From: Hydrurus foetidus
Taxonomy: Eukaryota
Assembly: GCA_900617105.1 (NCBI GenBank)
Contig: UYFQ01000023.1
Coordinates: forward strand, 62,001 to 126,000
Length of the DNA: 64,000 bases
Reading direction: 5' to 3'
The notes beneath the pieces are model-generated. The model was not told the DNA's origin. It searched no databases and saw only the letters and a list, made by a program, of their open reading frames with translations. Both the position numbers and the translations under genes were made by a program. This document shows, in pieces, positions 45,297-56,855 of the stretch (position 1 is the first letter of the stretch; every line of letters begins with the position of its first letter).

Positions 45297-46718
45297 CTAG
45301 CGGATGTCACGGTCACGGCTGCGCTGGCCGTCACGGGTGCGGGTATCTGAGGACGGAAGTGCAGTCGGAGCAGCAGCGGGAGGTGTCACAGCAGCCGCTG
45401 TGGCATCCACCGCACCACCCTGGGCTACCGATTGCATCAGCTTGTCCAGCGGCAAATAAAGCAGGTTGGAGCCTTGTTTGGAATCCACCACCACCTTGTT
45501 GGCGTTGCTGTAGAGCTGCTGCATGGTGTCGATGTACATGCGGTCACGGGTGACTTGCGGGGCTTTTTGGTACTCGGTCAACACCGAGCGAAAGCGCTGG
45601 GCATCACCTTCAGCCTGGGCCACGATGCGAGCCTTGTAGCCATCAGCTTCTTCTTTCAGGCGGGAGGCAGAACCCACAGCACGGGGGATCACATCATTGG
45701 CGTATGCTTGCGCATCATTTTTGGCACGTTCGCGCTCTTGACCCGCCTTGAGCACATCGTCAAACGCAGCCTGCACTTGTTCTGGAGGGCGTACACCGCC
45801 TTGCTGCAAATTGATGGCGACCACCTCAATGCCGACTTTGTAGCGGTCAAGAATAGTTTGCATCAAGGTGCGCACGCGGGGGCCAATTTGGTCACGTTCT
45901 TCAGCCAAGGCTGAATCCATGCGCATCTTGCCCACCACTTCGCGCACGGCAGTCTCAGCCACTTCCACTACCGCCTCAGCCGGGCTACGGCTCTCAAACA
46001 GGTAGGCACGGGCGTCGTTTAAGCGGTACTGCACGGCAAACTTGATTTCAACGATGTTTTCGTCCTCCGTCAGCATGGCCGAATCGCGTAAGCCTGTGGC
46101 CTTGATAACACCATCGCGACCCACATCAACCGAGCGAATTTGCGTCAAAAATACCAGTTCATGGCGCTGAATAGGGTAAGGCAAGCGCCAGTTGAAACCA
46201 GCACCCACCGTTGAGCGGTACTTGCCGAACTGGGTAATCACGCCACGCTGGCCTTCTTGCACGATAAAGAAACCGGTACCCAACCAAATCAGCACAGCGA
46301 CAGCACCAATCAAGCCCAAGCCGATACCGGCGGACTTCATGTCGGGCTGAAAACTCCCGTTATTGCCGCCACCAGAGTTACCACCGCGATTGCCGTTGTT
46401 ACCGTTATTACCTCGGTTGTTGTTAGGCCCACCACCAAACAAATTACCCAGCTTACGGTTGAAATCTCGCCACAACTCGTCCAAATCAGGCGGCCCTTGG
46501 TCAGCACGACCTCGGTTGCCTTTAGGTGATGGAGAGGGGGAAGGAGAAGGCCCAGGCGGCGGTGTGCTTGAAGGCGTGTCACCTTCAGGCTTTCCCGACT
46601 CTTGGGCTTTATCGTCACGGCCCCAGCGGGGATCGTTGAGGTTGAACATGCGACCAAAAAGGCCGTGTACACACTCAGTCACCTGACGCAGGGGAAACGG
46701 CAATTGCTGAAGGTTCAT
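45297..46718 (-). CDS. hflK: FtsH modulator HflK (alternative start 46649)
   Basis: NDPRWG, GPPDLDELWR, MLTEDENIV, PPEQVQAAFDDV. Confidence 0.95.
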   Translation of the reverse strand: MNLQQLPFPLRQVTECVHGLFGRMFNLNDPRWGRDDKAQESGKPEGDTPSSTPPPGPSPSPSPSPKGNRGRADQGPPDLDELWRDFNRKLGNLFGGGPNNNRGNNGNNGNRGGNSGGGNNGSFQPDMKSAGIGLGLIGAVAVLIWLGTGFFIVQEGQRGVITQFGKYRSTVGAGFNWRLPYPIQRHELVFLTQIRSVDVGRDGVIKATGLRDSAMLTEDENIVEIKFAVQYRLNDARAYLFESRSPAEAVVEVAETAVREVVGKMRMDSALAEERDQIGPRVRTLMQTILDRYKVGIEVVAINLQQGGVRPPEQVQAAFDDVLKAGQERERAKNDAQAYANDVIPRAVGSASRLKEEADGYKARIVAQAEGDAQRFRSVLTEYQKAPQVTRDRMYIDTMQQLYSNANKVVVDSKQGSNLLYLPLDKLMQSVAQGGAVDATAAAVTPPAAAPTALPSSDTRTRDGQRSRDRDIR

Positions 46719-46739
46719 TCGCACAGTTTCAAAAAGGTT

Positions 46740-48035
46740 CTAGTTCGCTGAAAAGTTCAGCCCAATGTCGGTATCGTTCTCAGACGCATCTTCGTCTAAA
46801 TCGGCAGGATTATCGTGCAAGGCAACTTCCCATGCGGCATCATCGGACACACCCTCTACAGAGCCAGTCCCACGGTCTGCCAGCTTGTCGGAGAAGCGTT
46901 GCGCCAAAAGACTTCGCAGCGCGGCCACACCCTCCCCGCCTTTGGCACTGACGAACAAGCGCGGCATACTTTCGCCGTTCACGTCCATCACATCATGCAT
47001 GTGCAGGGGCCAACGGTCTTTTTCAAGGGCATCAAGCTTGTTGAAGATGACGACTTGTGGAATATCGTCGGCATGGATGTCAGCCAAAACCCGCTGCACC
47101 TCAGCCATTTGCTCGGGATAAGCCAAATTAGAAGCATCCACCACATGCAGAAGCAAATCTGCGTCCACAGCTTCTTGCAGCGTGGCCGCAAAAGCATCAA
47201 CCAAACCATGCGGTAAATCGCGGATAAAACCCACGGTGTCTGACAGCGACACGGTGCGCCCTACATCCCCCAAGTACAACTGGCGGGTTGTGGTGTCCAG
47301 CGTGGCAAACAACTGGTCAGCAGCGTAGGCTTTGGCCTTGGTCAGCGCATTGAACAACGTGGACTTGCCCGCGTTGGTGTAGCCCACCAAAGAAATATTA
47401 AAGGTATCGCGCCGCTCACGCTGGCGGCGCTGCGTCTGCCGTTGGCGTTTGACTTTCACCAAGCGCTCTTTAATACGCTTGATGTTGTCGTTAATCATGC
47501 GGCGGTCAAGCTCAATCTGGCTTTCACCAGGGCCACCACGTGCACCGATACCACCACGTTGGCGTTCCAAGTGCGACCAGCGGCGTACCAAGCGCGTGCT
47601 GAGGTACTGCAGCCGTGCCAATTCCACCTGCAATTTACCCTCGTGGCTGCGCGCACGCTGGGCAAAAATCTCAAGAATCAGCAAGGTGCGGTCATTGACC
47701 GGCAAACCCATATGACGCTCTAAATTACGCTGCTGCGCAGGGCTAAGCGACTGGTCGAACAAAATCTCCACCGCACCGAGTTGCTCGGCGAGGAGTTTAA
47801 TTTCGTCCGCTTTACCGCTGCCCACGAACAGCGCGGCATCAGGCGCATGGCGCTTGCAAGTGATTCGCCCCACCGGCGTTAGGCCAGCCGTCTCGGCCAG
47901 CAAACCCAATTCCTCCAGTGCGCCATCAAAATGAGGCGCACCAAAATCGACCCCTACCAAAATAGCAGGAGCTAAGGGTTTGGCTGGCGAATTAGACGAG
48001 CTCAAGAAGAGAGACTGAACAAAAGCCTTGGGCAA
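46740..48035 (-). CDS. hflX: Ribosome-splitting GTPase HflX
   Basis: GYTNAGKST, LFATLDTT, DTVGFI, NKLD. Confidence 0.96.
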   Translation of the reverse strand: MPKAFVQSLFLSSSNSPAKPLAPAILVGVDFGAPHFDGALEELGLLAETAGLTPVGRITCKRHAPDAALFVGSGKADEIKLLAEQLGAVEILFDQSLSPAQQRNLERHMGLPVNDRTLLILEIFAQRARSHEGKLQVELARLQYLSTRLVRRWSHLERQRGGIGARGGPGESQIELDRRMINDNIKRIKERLVKVKRQRQTQRRQRERRDTFNISLVGYTNAGKSTLFNALTKAKAYAADQLFATLDTTTRQLYLGDVGRTVSLSDTVGFIRDLPHGLVDAFAATLQEAVDADLLLHVVDASNLAYPEQMAEVQRVLADIHADDIPQVVIFNKLDALEKDRWPLHMHDVMDVNGESMPRLFVSAKGGEGVAALRSLLAQRFSDKLADRGTGSVEGVSDDAAWEVALHDNPADLDEDASENDTDIGLNFSAN

Positions 48036-48062
48036 TCAGGGGGAAATTGCAGCCGCTTGCGG

Positions 48063-48311
48063 TCAAGCTGCGGGTGTTTCAGCGGCGTCGTTGGCAGAAA
48101 AATTAACTGCACGACCGGGGACGATGGTGGAAATCGCGTGCTTGTACACCATTTGGGTCACGGTGTTGCGCAACAAAACGACGTACTGGTCAAACGATTC
48201 GATTTGGCCTTGTAGCTTGATACCGTTGACCAAATAAATGGAAACAGGCACATGCTCGCGGCGCAGGATGTTCAGGAAGGGGTCTTGCAAGAGTTGACCT
48301 TTGTTGCTCAC
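48063..48311 (-). CDS. hfq: RNA chaperone Hfq
   Basis: [24 protein letters not shown]. Confidence 0.99.
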   Translation of the reverse strand: MSNKGQLLQDPFLNILRREHVPVSIYLVNGIKLQGQIESFDQYVVLLRNTVTQMVYKHAISTIVPGRAVNFSANDAAETPAA

Positions 48312-48387
48312 GATATTCTCCGTGTACGTAAGAGTGTTAAAAAATGAACGATACCACAGCGGCTAGGGAGTCAAACCAATTGACAGC

Positions 48388-49722
48388 CTAATCCTTATCT
48401 GCATAGGGATTTGCAGCCGTCTTCAGTTGGATGCGCATGGGCGTACCCGACAAATCAAATTCCTTGCGGATACGGCCTTCCAGGAAGCGTTTGTACGCTT
48501 CGGTGACATGCTCCAAGGAATTGCCATGCACCACCACGATAGGCGGGTTCATGCCACCTTGGTGGGCATAGCGCAGCTTGGGGCGGTACATGCCGGATTT
48601 TTTGGGAGCCTGGAACTGCACGGCTTCGAGCAGCAAGCGTGTCAGCACTGGCGTGGTCATTTTGCAGTTGGCTGACTTGTGCGCTTGCACGATAGACGCC
48701 CACACCGGACCTAAGCCCTGGCGTTTTTTGGCGGAGATCATGTGTAAATTGGCGAACTTGAGGAACGGCAAGCGGCTTTCAATGGAACGCTGCAATTGCT
48801 CGCGTTGGTAGCTGTCCACCGCATCCCATTTATTCACCGCCAGCACCATAGCACGGCCACTTTCCAGCGCGTAGCCTGCAATGTGCGCATCTTGATCGGT
48901 CACGCCTTGCGTGGCATCCAGCAGCAGCAGCACCACGTTGGCTGATTCGATGGCTTGCAGGGTTTTGACCACTGAGAATTTCTCGATGGCCTCAAACACT
49001 TTGCCTTTGCGGCGTAAGCCTGCCGTGTCAATCAACTCAAAGCGCTGACCATCGCGCTCAAACGGCACGGTGATAGCGTCTCGGGTGGTACCGGGCTGGT
49101 CGAACGCAACCAAGCGCTCTTCACCCAGCCACGTGTTAATCAGCGTCGATTTACCCACGTTAGGGCGACCTGCCACGGCGAGCTTGATGACGCTGTTATC
49201 AACAATGACCTCAGCCTCAGGGTCGGGTAAATTCAACTTACCCAAGGCGCTGTCCAGCAGGTCACGCATACCCTGGCCGTGAGCAGCGGACACAGCCAAA
49301 ACCTGCCCCAAGCCCAGCTCAAAAAACTCCACCAGCTTGGTGCCATCCAGCATGCCTTCCGCCTTGTTGGCGGTCAGCACTGTGGGCTTGCCAAGGCGAC
49401 GCAGCAGCTTGGCGATTTCATGGTCTTGTGCGGACACACCGGCACGGCCATCCACCACAAACACCACCACATCAGCCTCGGCCACAGCTTGGCGGGTTTG
49501 CTTGGCCATCTCTTGGTACATGCCATCAGACGAATCGGGCTCGAAGCCTCCGGTGTCGATGACAATAAATTCTTGCTTGCCGTGCTTGGCATTGCCGTAA
49601 TGGCGATCGCGGGTCAACCCCGCAAAATCAGCAACGATAGCGTCGCGGGTTTTGGTCAGGCGGTTGAACAGTGTGGATTTACCGACATTGGGTCGGCCCA
49701 CCAGGGCTAAAACAGGTTTCAT
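48388..49722 (-). CDS. der: Ribosome biogenesis GTPase Der
   Basis: Two GRPNVGKS P-loops, DTGG/DTAG, KH-like tail. Confidence 0.98.
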   Translation of the reverse strand: MKPVLALVGRPNVGKSTLFNRLTKTRDAIVADFAGLTRDRHYGNAKHGKQEFIVIDTGGFEPDSSDGMYQEMAKQTRQAVAEADVVVFVVDGRAGVSAQDHEIAKLLRRLGKPTVLTANKAEGMLDGTKLVEFFELGLGQVLAVSAAHGQGMRDLLDSALGKLNLPDPEAEVIVDNSVIKLAVAGRPNVGKSTLINTWLGEERLVAFDQPGTTRDAITVPFERDGQRFELIDTAGLRRKGKVFEAIEKFSVVKTLQAIESANVVLLLLDATQGVTDQDAHIAGYALESGRAMVLAVNKWDAVDSYQREQLQRSIESRLPFLKFANLHMISAKKRQGLGPVWASIVQAHKSANCKMTTPVLTRLLLEAVQFQAPKKSGMYRPKLRYAHQGGMNPPIVVVHGNSLEHVTEAYKRFLEGRIRKEFDLSGTPMRIQLKTAANPYADKD

Positions 49723-49752
49723 CAGGTCGCAGTTACTCGCATTTTTTCGTAT

Positions 49753-50931
49753 TTACTCAGGCACAAAGCCGTAAACACCGCCATTGCGCGTGACCACAAC
49801 CAGGGTGCCATCCGCCAAAGCGGGAGATGCCACGATGGCAGAACCATCCGTGCTCAGGCGTGACAACAGTGAACCGTCTTCACGCGATAAAAAATACACC
49901 GTACCGCTGCTGTCGCCCAGCGCCACCGAGCGCCCCAGCATCAGCGGTGCGGTCAGGTTGCGGTATTTAAGCTGCTCGGTAGACCACAGGCGCTGGCCAT
50001 CAGTGCGGCGCCACGCCTGTAATTTGCCATCGGCTTCGCTGCCAACCACACGGTCAGCATCGCCATGCACACCTTCAAAACCATTGGCGGCCTGTGACCA
50101 CAGGGTGGTGCCCCGTGCCGCATTGACGCAGCCTACATTGGCTTGAAAAGCACGTGCGCAGACCACATCACCCACACGACTGACACGCCCCACCAAATCA
50201 ACCAAACGCTCAACATCATTCGTACCGCGTGGGCTGGCAATGGGCGCTTCCCAGCGCACAGCACCACTCAAAGGACTCAAACCCACCAAACGACCTGCCT
50301 GCCCGATGACCAAGGTGTCACCCACAGCCAGTAAAACACCCGGCTGACGCAGTACCAGCGGCTCGCCGGGGCGTTGCTGAATCCACAAGCGGCGACCCGT
50401 CTGGCCGTCATAGGCGCTGAGCGCACGGTCAGCCGTCATGACAAACACCCGCCCGCCCGCCACCAGCGGTGCGGTGTACGCCTGTGCGCCCAGGCGCTGC
50501 CGCCACAGTTCGCGGTCAGCGTCCATCGCCACCAGTTGGTTCGAGCGTGTCACCACAGCGCTGACTTTGCCGTCGCTGCCCACGCCAGCAGACAAAGACT
50601 CACCCACCACACGCCGCCATTGCTCAGCACCCGTCCGCGCATCCAAACTGACCACCGTGCCGTCAGAGCCGGCCAGGGTAACGCGACCTTGCACCACGCT
50701 GATGTCCAGCGGGAAAGCAACTTCACCGACACGGCTGCTCCACGCTTGCTTGACGCCGTACAACGCCGCATTCGGTGGTAAATCTTTAGGTTTAGGCTTG
50801 TCTGCGGTGCTGGAGCAGGCCATGAGGCTTGCTACACAAACCGTAGCTGCAACAACACGTACAGCTTGCGATAGGTGGACAAAGCGCTTGTACTCAGCGA
50901 AACCAGAGAAGAGCTGCATCATGGGCATCAC
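49753..50931 (-). CDS. bamB: Outer membrane assembly lipoprotein BamB
   Basis: Lipobox LMAC, PQQ-type propeller repeats, RLVDL; yfgM-bamB-der synteny. Confidence 0.93.
   Translation of the reverse strand: MMPMMQLFSGFAEYKRFVHLSQAVRVVAATVCVASLMACSSTADKPKPKDLPPNAALYGVKQAWSSRVGEVAFPLDISVVQGRVTLAGSDGTVVSLDARTGAEQWRRVVGESLSAGVGSDGKVSAVVTRSNQLVAMDADRELWRQRLGAQAYTAPLVAGGRVFVMTADRALSAYDGQTGRRLWIQQRPGEPLVLRQPGVLLAVGDTLVIGQAGRLVGLSPLSGAVRWEAPIASPRGTNDVERLVDLVGRVSRVGDVVCARAFQANVGCVNAARGTTLWSQAANGFEGVHGDADRVVGSEADGKLQAWRRTDGQRLWSTEQLKYRNLTAPLMLGRSVALGDSSGTVYFLSREDGSLLSRLSTDGSAIVASPALADGTLVVVTRNGGVYGFVPE
50831..50888 (+). repeat. Dispersed fixed-spacing motif, copy in bamB signal-peptide region
   Basis: GCT ACACAAACC GTAGC TGCAAC AAC ACGTACAGCTT GCG ATAGGTGGACA. 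Confidence 0.65.
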
Positions 50932-51635
50932 TTTTTAGCGTCAACAGCAGCGTCGGCAGGCACAGCGCTGGCAACTTTAACGGGGGGCGGTGGTGTCACA
51001 TCAACACCCAACGCATTCAGCTTGAATTCCACCAAACGGCGGTAATCCACCGTGGAGGACAACGCAGCGTGCGCTTTGGCGTATTCGGCTTTCGCTTCGG
51101 CGGGCTTGCCCTGCAAGGCCAGCACATCACCTTTGCGGTCAGCCACCAAACCATCAAACTCTTTAGGGAAATTGCCCGACAACTGCTTGAGTGCATCGTC
51201 GTAAGCCTTGGCATCCGCCAACACCCCCGCCAAACGCAAGCGGGCAATGGCCTGGTAGCCAGTGTTACCCGCTTTTTCAGCCACCCAGGTCAGCGCAGAT
51301 TTGGACAAATCGGCCTTGCCATTTTCAAAAAATACCTTGGCGGCCAACAAACCGGCCTGCTGCGCGTACTCGGTGCCGCCAAATTTGTCTTTGATGTCGC
51401 CAAAGGCACGCTCCAGCTTGGTCAAATCCACAGCCTTGGCAGCACGGTCTACTTCGTCATAGAGGGCCGCGGATTTGGCGGCTTGGTTACGCTGCCAGTA
51501 CTGGTAGCCGTTCCAAGAGGCGAACGCCCCCAGCACCAGGATCAACGCCCAGGTGATTAAATTGCCGTACTGCTTCCAAAAATGCTTGAGCTGGTCGAGC
51601 TGTTCTTGTTCTTCGAGATCGAGATGTTGTGCCAT
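50928..51635 (-). CDS. yfgM: YfgM-family TPR membrane protein
   Basis: DLEEQEQLDQLKHFWKQYGN, TM, ARLRLA, DRKGDV. Confidence 0.92.
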   Translation of the reverse strand: MAQHLDLEEQEQLDQLKHFWKQYGNLITWALILVLGAFASWNGYQYWQRNQAAKSAALYDEVDRAAKAVDLTKLERAFGDIKDKFGGTEYAQQAGLLAAKVFFENGKADLSKSALTWVAEKAGNTGYQAIARLRLAGVLADAKAYDDALKQLSGNFPKEFDGLVADRKGDVLALQGKPAEAKAEYAKAHAALSSTVDYRRLVEFKLNALGVDVTPPPPVKVASAVPADAAVDAKK

Positions 51636-51744
51636 AGCGCGCTGAGAAATAAAGGGGGGATTGTAGGTGCAGGCCAAAACGCAGGGCTTTCTCTGCGCTT
51701 TGGCTCCACAGTGATGGGGCGTGACTGCGCGTTACGCCCACAAT

Positions 51745-53037
51745 TTATGTCCGCAATTGAGCGGCCCAGATGGCCACCTGCGCCAAGGGCTGCAACTGTT
51801 GCTGCGCGGGTTGCGCCGGGTCGCCACGCAAAGCTTTGACCGCCACTTGCTGCTGCGCCAGCTCGTCAGCACCAAACACCAAGGCATAGCGCGCACCGCT
51901 GGCATCGGCCTTTTTGAACTGCGATTTCATGCTGCCCATGCTCTCACCTGTTGGCGATGCGTGCATTTGCACCGTCACCCCAGCGTTGCGCAAATCTTGC
52001 AATGTTTTCATCACTATAGGCAAGCTGGACGACTCAGGCACCACCGCATAAACATCGGGTACCGGCTCTGCTTGCCCCAAACCTTGGGACTTGACCAGCT
52101 CCAGCACGCGCTCCATGCCCATGCCCCAGCCTACAGCAGGCGTGGGCTTGCCACCCAAAATTTCAAACAAGCCGTCGTAACGCCCACCGCCGCACAACGT
52201 GCCTTGGGCACCCAGCTCGTCAGTGATGAACTCAAACACCGTGTGGCTGTAGTAATCCAAACCGCGCACCAAGCGAGGGTTGACCGTCCACGCCACGCCG
52301 CAGGCATCGAGCAGCGCCTTCACGGTGTCCAGGTGTTTGAGCGAAGGCTCACCCAAAAAGTCCAGCAAGCGAGGTGCGCCTTGCACCAAAGTCTGCATTG
52401 CGGGGTTTTTGGTGTCCAAAATCCGAAGTGGATTGGTCAACAGGCGGCGCTGGGCTTCCGCGTCCAAGGCCTCGCGGTGCTGCTCAAAATAGGCAATCAA
52501 GGCGCTGCGGTGCGCTTGGCGCTCTGTGGGAATGCCCAAGCTGTTGAGCTCCACACGCACTTGGCGCAGCCCCAAACGGGCAAACAACTGGTGCGCCATC
52601 ACCATCAGTTCAGCATCCAGCTCAGGCCCACCAAAGCCCAAAGCCTCAGCACCCAGCTGGTAAAACTGCCGGTAGCGGCCACGTTGGGGTTTTTCATGGC
52701 GAAACATGGGGCCCATGTAGAACAGCCGCTTACCGCCCTCATAGGTCAGGTTGTGCTCGATGGCCGCACGCACCACGCCGGGCGTGTTCTCGGGGCGCAA
52801 GGTGAGCTGCTCGCCGTTCAACTTGTCCTCAAACGAGTACATCTCTTTTTCAACAATATCGGTGGTCTCGCCGGTGCCGCGCACAAAGAGGGCAGTCTGC
52901 TCGACGATGGGGGTGCGGATATTGCGGTAGCTGTGCTGCGCCATCACGCTGCGCACCGTGTCTTCAAACCATTCCCACCGCGCCGAATCGGGCGGGAGAA
53001 TGTCGTTCATGCCTTTGACGGCGATCAATTTTTCCAT
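51745..53037 (-). CDS. hisS: Histidine--tRNA ligase
   Basis: [47 protein letters not shown]. Confidence 0.98.
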   Translation of the reverse strand: MEKLIAVKGMNDILPPDSARWEWFEDTVRSVMAQHSYRNIRTPIVEQTALFVRGTGETTDIVEKEMYSFEDKLNGEQLTLRPENTPGVVRAAIEHNLTYEGGKRLFYMGPMFRHEKPQRGRYRQFYQLGAEALGFGGPELDAELMVMAHQLFARLGLRQVRVELNSLGIPTERQAHRSALIAYFEQHREALDAEAQRRLLTNPLRILDTKNPAMQTLVQGAPRLLDFLGEPSLKHLDTVKALLDACGVAWTVNPRLVRGLDYYSHTVFEFITDELGAQGTLCGGGRYDGLFEILGGKPTPAVGWGMGMERVLELVKSQGLGQAEPVPDVYAVVPESSSLPIVMKTLQDLRNAGVTVQMHASPTGESMGSMKSQFKKADASGARYALVFGADELAQQQVAVKALRGDPAQPAQQQLQPLAQVAIWAAQLRT

Positions 53038-53062
53038 GGGTCTGCTTTGTTCTGTAAGACGG

Positions 53063-54748
53063 TTAAGGCTGGTATTTTCGCGCAACTTGCCCCAGTGGCA
53101 GCACCGCCCCCTGTGCGGCTTGCGGCCTCGCCACACCCAGCCATTGAGCCAACGTGGGGGCAAGACCCACCATCTCCACCCGCGTGTCGATGCGACCCGG
53201 TTTGACCCATTTTGGGCCGTACATCAGCAGCGGCACATGGGTGTCAAAGGCATGTGGTGAACCGTGGGTGGCAGCGGCGCTGCCAGTAATCATCCAGTTC
53301 AGCTTGACCACAAACTGCACATCAGCCGACACATCGGAATGCCACGCATTGCGCATTTGCTCGAAAAAGGGTTCCCCCGCGCGACTGCTGCTGTTCAGCT
53401 CTTGACGGGTGTAGGCCGCGCCGATACCGGGTTCAGCCAGCAGCAACTTGCGGGCTTCTTCAGCCATGTCGTTCTGGGCAATGCCCTTTTCAGCCAGCAT
53501 TTTTTGATCGAACAACAGCGTAGACGCTGAAAAACCCAGCACCCACTTGCCTTCGCCAAAGCGCTTGCGCAAACCGGCATTCACGTTCGCCAGGGCCATG
53601 CTCAGGCTTTGCCGACCGGCCACCAAGCCGCGTGCTTTCAGCGTTTCTGAAGCGGGCGTAAAACCGTGGTCTGCCGTCAGCACAGCGATGTAATTGTCTT
53701 TGCCAACTCGGGCATCCAAGTCGCGAAAGAAATCTTGAAACTGGTGGTCAAGTTGCAGCAAATGGTCGTGCGACAGGCGCGATTCAGCGCTGAAGGCGTG
53801 GTTCACATAGTCATGGCCTGAGAGGCTGATGGACAAAATATCCGGCGCATCGTCTTGCCCCAAGCCTTCACCCGCGATAGCGGCACGGGCAAAGTCCAGC
53901 GACATCACGTCAACATAGGGGCTGCGCAACAAGGCTTTGTAAAAAGGCTGACCCGGTGCATCGCCCTCCCCCAGCATCATCGGCAATTGGCCACCTGCGG
54001 CATACCAGGGCTGCAAATCAGGCAGCGAGCGGGCATAGGCAGCTTCAGGCAAGAGCGGTTTCCATGCCGTTTTGAAATAGCGGTCAGCGGGTTTCGCGGC
54101 GTTGAAGGCATTCACCCAGGCCGGGTGCTGCGCCATGTAGAACGTGGTGGATGCGAACTCACCGCTCTGGCCCATGTACATGTAGGCCGTACCCGTTTTA
54201 CCCGCAGGCAGAATAGCCCCCCGGTCTTTGCCAGAGATGGCGATGACTTTGGACTGTGCATCGGCACGTTTCAGCACATCGCCCACCGTCTCCACTTTCA
54301 AGTTGTTCGGGCTGGTGCCGTCAAACGCATCCGTTTTGTGGCCGATGTAGCTGTAGCGCGTGTCTTGGGTGTTGTAGACCGGCATGCCTGTCGCCGGGTC
54401 GCGCCAGTCGTTGCCGATGATGCCGGTGCGGTTGGGATACGCTCCGGTCAGCATGGTGGCGTGGCCCGCTGCGGTGACGGTGAAGGCGTGGCTGTAATGG
54501 GCGTTGGCAAACCATGCGCCACGGTCGAGAAAGCGGGCCAGCCCATCGGGCGCGAGCTGATCGCGGTAATCCACAATTTGGCGCTGTGGCAAACCATCCA
54601 CCACCATGAAAACGATGAGTTTGGGCTTGGCAGGCAGCGCTGCGACTGAGGAGGATGGCTCAGTCGCACAAGCGGCCAGCAGCACCGACGTTGCCAAAAC
54701 CAGGGCTGTGCGGCGTGAAAACAAAGGGGGTAATGCTGAAGAGTTCAT
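53063..54748 (-). CDS. Alkaline phosphatase superfamily protein (PafA/PhoK-like), Tat-like lipoprotein
   Basis: SRR...LLAAC signal, [37 protein letters not shown] overlap with kinase stop. Confidence 0.88.
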   Translation of the reverse strand: MNSSALPPLFSRRTALVLATSVLLAACATEPSSSVAALPAKPKLIVFMVVDGLPQRQIVDYRDQLAPDGLARFLDRGAWFANAHYSHAFTVTAAGHATMLTGAYPNRTGIIGNDWRDPATGMPVYNTQDTRYSYIGHKTDAFDGTSPNNLKVETVGDVLKRADAQSKVIAISGKDRGAILPAGKTGTAYMYMGQSGEFASTTFYMAQHPAWVNAFNAAKPADRYFKTAWKPLLPEAAYARSLPDLQPWYAAGGQLPMMLGEGDAPGQPFYKALLRSPYVDVMSLDFARAAIAGEGLGQDDAPDILSISLSGHDYVNHAFSAESRLSHDHLLQLDHQFQDFFRDLDARVGKDNYIAVLTADHGFTPASETLKARGLVAGRQSLSMALANVNAGLRKRFGEGKWVLGFSASTLLFDQKMLAEKGIAQNDMAEEARKLLLAEPGIGAAYTRQELNSSSRAGEPFFEQMRNAWHSDVSADVQFVVKLNWMITGSAAATHGSPHAFDTHVPLLMYGPKWVKPGRIDTRVEMVGLAPTLAQWLGVARPQAAQGAVLPLGQVARKYQP

Positions 54749-56121
54749 CCTGCAAGCATACCCGCGCTGCGCTGCGCTAACGGCAGCGTCACCGTGATTT
54801 CCAAGCCCGGTGATGCATTGCGCACGCCCCAAGTTCCTCCATGCGCCAGTGCCACCAAGCGGCACAGGTACAGCCCCAGGCCCACGCCACCTGTGGCGCG
54901 TTGGCGGGCGCTGTCGGCACGGTAAAAAGGCTGGGCGAGCTGCGGCAATTGGTCTTCAGACACACCGGAGCCGTGGTCACGCACCTGAAATACCACACCT
55001 GTTGGGGTGCAGCGAATGTGCAATTCAGGCGGCAACGGGGCACCGGCACTGTGGCGCAAGGCGTTGTCCAGCAGGTTGCGAACCAGCAAGCGCAGGCGGG
55101 CACGGTCAACGGACATAAGGGGTACATCAGTGGCGATGTTCAACGTGATGCACGGCGGCGTACCGGCCACACCACCCCAGCTTGCCACCAGCTCATGCAC
55201 CACCTCTTGCGCCAGCGCCCCCACATCTGTCGCCTCACGGCTCAGCACGGCGTGCTGCCCGGCCAGCCGCTCACTTTCCATCAAATCGTTGATGAGGTCA
55301 CGCATCCCGGCCAAATCGCGCAGCAGGGCAGCACGCAGCGGTTCGGCCTCTTCGGTTTCGGGCAGCAGCTCGACGTTCAAACGGGCACGGGTCAAGGGGG
55401 AACGCAGTTCGTGACTGATGGCGAGCAAAAGCGCACGTTTGGCGTCCAGCATTTGCTGCAATTCATGGGCCATCGTGTTGATGCGTTGCGCCAAATCGCC
55501 CAGTTCGTCGCGGTGACGCAGCGGGATGGTGTGGCTGAAATCGCCCGTGCCAAAGCGCTCAACCCCCAAGCGAATGTCGTCCAAGGGGCGCAACAAACGG
55601 CGCACATAGGCATAGGCCAACGCCGTCAGCAGCAGCAAAACAAGAAGCGTGATGCCACCGATGCGCCGGGGTTGGTTCTCCCAGGCCACGTCGCCCAAAC
55701 CAAAGCGGATGCGGTGGCCGTCGGCGGTGGTGCGCTCGAACCAGCGGGCTTTGAAGCGAGCATCCTCGGGGTGCGTGTGCTTTTCAAAGGCTCGGTCAGG
55801 GTGCGAATCCCAGGTCACCACCGGGCCCGTGATGCGCACGGACAGTGGCAGGCGCTGCACCAGGGCTTGGGCGCGGGCCAGATCGGGCGGGGAACCGATG
55901 TCAGCGGCGAGCCGGTCAACGTAATCGGCCAGCAGCGGCTGCACGGCCTCGCGCCAACCCACAGACAGCGCTTTTTGCATCCCGCCCAAGAAAATACCCG
56001 TCATGGCAAAGGCCAGCAACAAGAACAAGGCGACCAAGCGCCAGCGCAGCGAATGCCGAAAGGCACGGCCTGCGTGCCGGGCTTCAGAGCGCCAATCTTT
56101 ACGCCAATGTGTACGGCTCAT
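54745..56121 (-). CDS. Sensor histidine kinase (HAMP-HisKA-HATPase)
   Basis: RDELGDL, ISHELRSPL, NLLDNA, DHGSG, GGVGLGL. Confidence 0.93.
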   Translation of the reverse strand: MSRTHWRKDWRSEARHAGRAFRHSLRWRLVALFLLLAFAMTGIFLGGMQKALSVGWREAVQPLLADYVDRLAADIGSPPDLARAQALVQRLPLSVRITGPVVTWDSHPDRAFEKHTHPEDARFKARWFERTTADGHRIRFGLGDVAWENQPRRIGGITLLVLLLLTALAYAYVRRLLRPLDDIRLGVERFGTGDFSHTIPLRHRDELGDLAQRINTMAHELQQMLDAKRALLLAISHELRSPLTRARLNVELLPETEEAEPLRAALLRDLAGMRDLINDLMESERLAGQHAVLSREATDVGALAQEVVHELVASWGGVAGTPPCITLNIATDVPLMSVDRARLRLLVRNLLDNALRHSAGAPLPPELHIRCTPTGVVFQVRDHGSGVSEDQLPQLAQPFYRADSARQRATGGVGLGLYLCRLVALAHGGTWGVRNASPGLEITVTLPLAQRSAGMLAG

Positions 56122-56125
56122 CGCA

Positions 56126-56809
56126 TCACCGCCTGGCCATCGCCAACGAATACCCGGCGTTACGCAGTGTTTTGATGCCGTCCAGTGGCTCCAGCTTTTT
56201 ACGCAAACGGCTGACCACGATGTCGATAGCACGGGTGTACAGCTCCGCCTCGTGGCCGCGCAGGCGGTTGAGCAAATCGTCGCGGCTGAAGACTTTGCCG
56301 CTGTCACGCGCCAGCACGGCGAGCAAATCAAACTCGGTGCTGGTCAGCTCAATAGGCTCGCCTTGGCGGATCACGGTGCGGCGGGTCACATCGACCTCCA
56401 GACCGTCAAAACGCAGCACATCGCCAGAGGCGGCTGGCTGCGCTGGCACCACACGGCGGCGCAGCACCGTTTGCAGGCGGGCCACCAGTTCACGCGGCTC
56501 AAAAGGCTTGGGCAGGTAGTCGTCCGCACCCAGCTCAAGCCCCACCACGCGGTCCATCACGTCGCCGCGAGCGGTCAGCATGATGAGGGGAATGTCGCTT
56601 TCTTTTCGGATAGCACGGCACAGCGCAAAGCCGTCCATCTCGGGCAGCATCACGTCGAGGATGGCGGCGTCAAAACCCCCTTGTCGCAGCAGCGCCAACC
56701 CGGTGCTGGGGCGGGTGGCGCTGGTCAAGGTGAGGTCAAAACGGCGAAAGTAAGCGGCAAGCGGGCTGCTCAGCTCTTCGTCGTCGTCAATCAGCAAAAT
56801 GTGGCTCAT
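56126..56809 (-). CDS. OmpR-family response regulator (CpxR-like)
   Basis: LLIDDD, ILDVMLP, GLELGADDYLPKPF, wHTH IDIVVSRLRKKL. Confidence 0.95.
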   Translation of the reverse strand: MSHILLIDDDEELSSPLAAYFRRFDLTLTSATRPSTGLALLRQGGFDAAILDVMLPEMDGFALCRAIRKESDIPLIMLTARGDVMDRVVGLELGADDYLPKPFEPRELVARLQTVLRRRVVPAQPAASGDVLRFDGLEVDVTRRTVIRQGEPIELTSTEFDLLAVLARDSGKVFSRDDLLNRLRGHEAELYTRAIDIVVSRLRKKLEPLDGIKTLRNAGYSLAMARR

Positions 56810-56855
56810 GCGCTATTGTCAATCGTCAACCGCGAGTCGCTCGGCAACAGCCGCA

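Noticed and set aside
46370..46560. Asn/Gly and Pro/Ser low-complexity repeats in hflK
   Set aside because: The HflK N-terminus is normally low-complexity and variable
51721..53205. Long antisense ORFs (e.g. 494 aa opposite hisS, 498 aa opposite rpoD, 444 aa opposite the kinase)
   Set aside because: Shadow frames of high-GC genes; no motifs, and fully overlapping well-supported CDSs
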